From Klebsormidium nitens (Eukaryota; Plantae; Klebsormidiophyceae), in the NCBI GenBank assembly GCA_000708835.1, contig DF236992.1, positions 232,916 through 296,915 on the forward strand: DNA of 64,000 nucleotides. The letters run 5' to 3'. This document shows positions 63,034 to 64,000 of this stretch, piece by piece; positions within the stretch are counted from its first letter, which is position 1; the number at the start of each line of letters is the position of its first letter. Position numbers and translations under genes: made by a program. A model generated the notes under the pieces. It was not told the DNA's origin. It saw nothing but the letters and a program-made list of their open reading frames with translations, and did not search any database.

Positions 63034-64000
63034 TCTGATTTGAGTTTGTGTAGGTATGGTATTTGGTCGATCTTGTTTGAAAGCAGACTGTGGATCCCAT
63101 GACGTTCAGATCAACGTGCAGTGTTTAATTCTGAAAGTTCTTATTCCAAGGAAGTATTGCACCGTCATCTGTGCACATGTTGGTATGGCTGCCAGGATTG
63201 GTCTCTGGTTGTGGTGGAAGTTTGGTGCCCCGAATAATGAGAAGATTACATCTTCCATTTTCAAAGCCCTATGCTCTGCATGCAGCCACTGATGAAGGTA
63301 ATGATCTAGCCCAGGTTGAGTAAGTGATCATCATGTACATTGCATGGCATATCTATCTTTTAATGATTTTGAGGAGGTCGTATATGTCTTAACAACTTAG
63401 CCTGGTTCGTGGGTCAGATCCTTCTCGTGACTCAGAGCCCAAACCCCGCTGTTTACTTACATCTTGGAAGATCGTCTGCCCTCACCCATGCAGTGGTCGG
63501 AATCATGGTGATTGCTAGAGTCTCGCACCTATGGCCACACTTTTCCAGTCGATCCTAGTCGCCAAGGACATTGACCCTCAATATGAATGGCAACTTGTAT
63601 AAAGCCGCGTGCCTTCTCCTTTCCGTCTTAGTCTAAGTGAATTAACGCGATTGAAAGTCAGTATACAGAAAACCGATAAATTGAGTAATGTTTGCAGCAT
63701 TGGGAAGAAGCCATCAGCGTGAAGTTTCAGAGTATTGGAGCAATGCATAGCACTATTGGCTAAACTCATGATAAAGGATCCAAAGCATGACGAGTGCCCA
63801 ACTGGCAACACCTCATCGATTTCTCAGTTTCTCAATGATACCCAAAAGCAACGGCTTTCACATGCTTTCTGTAGCAAGTCATGTGGAAATGGTCCTCCCT
63901 CCGACGAAACGCAGTACAGTCAGGAAATCCCTGTGGACCAGTGCTCTTCGGAATCAGAATCACTGATAGGGTGGTCACATGTGAGGTCGCGACGACCCTT

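Noticed and set aside
1-64000. rRNA, tRNA, CRISPR arrays, operons or prokaryotic defence systems
   Set aside because: None seen by eye; the window is spliceosomal-intron-rich eukaryotic DNA. Intronic snoRNAs cannot be excluded without a covariance-model search.

Overview
Intron-rich eukaryotic genomic DNA with canonical GT-AG introns (mostly ...tgcag acceptors), not prokaryotic. The land-plant-like gene set, plastid transit peptides and intron style suggest a streptophyte green alga, Klebsormidium-like (inference). I spliced nine genes by hand, each with consistent exon phases: a 5'-truncated TruA-type tRNA pseudouridine synthase (+); a plant Shaker-type K+ channel with CNBD and ankyrin repeats (-); a secreted tandem SnoaL/DUF4440-like protein with an AGP-like tail (+); a plastid Tas-like aldo-keto reductase (-); a cytochrome P450 (-); a MUT9-like/PPK casein kinase 1 (+); a ~2100-aa SMCHD1-type GHKL-ATPase/SMC-hinge protein (+); a divergent plastid ClpS-like adaptor (-) head-to-head with a plastid ribulose-phosphate 3-epimerase (+). 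There is also a 350-bp MITE. Main highlights: (1) a duplicated pair of 67-nt exons encoding alternative kinase activation loops that can only be used mutually exclusively; (2) a full-length SMCHD1 that looks more like the animal protein than land-plant GMI1; (3) a P450 lacking the I-helix acid-alcohol pair; (4) a ClpS with a remodelled N-degron pocket. Exon coordinates were counted by hand and lack transcript support. Comparisons with reference proteins are recalled from memory and need alignment to confirm.
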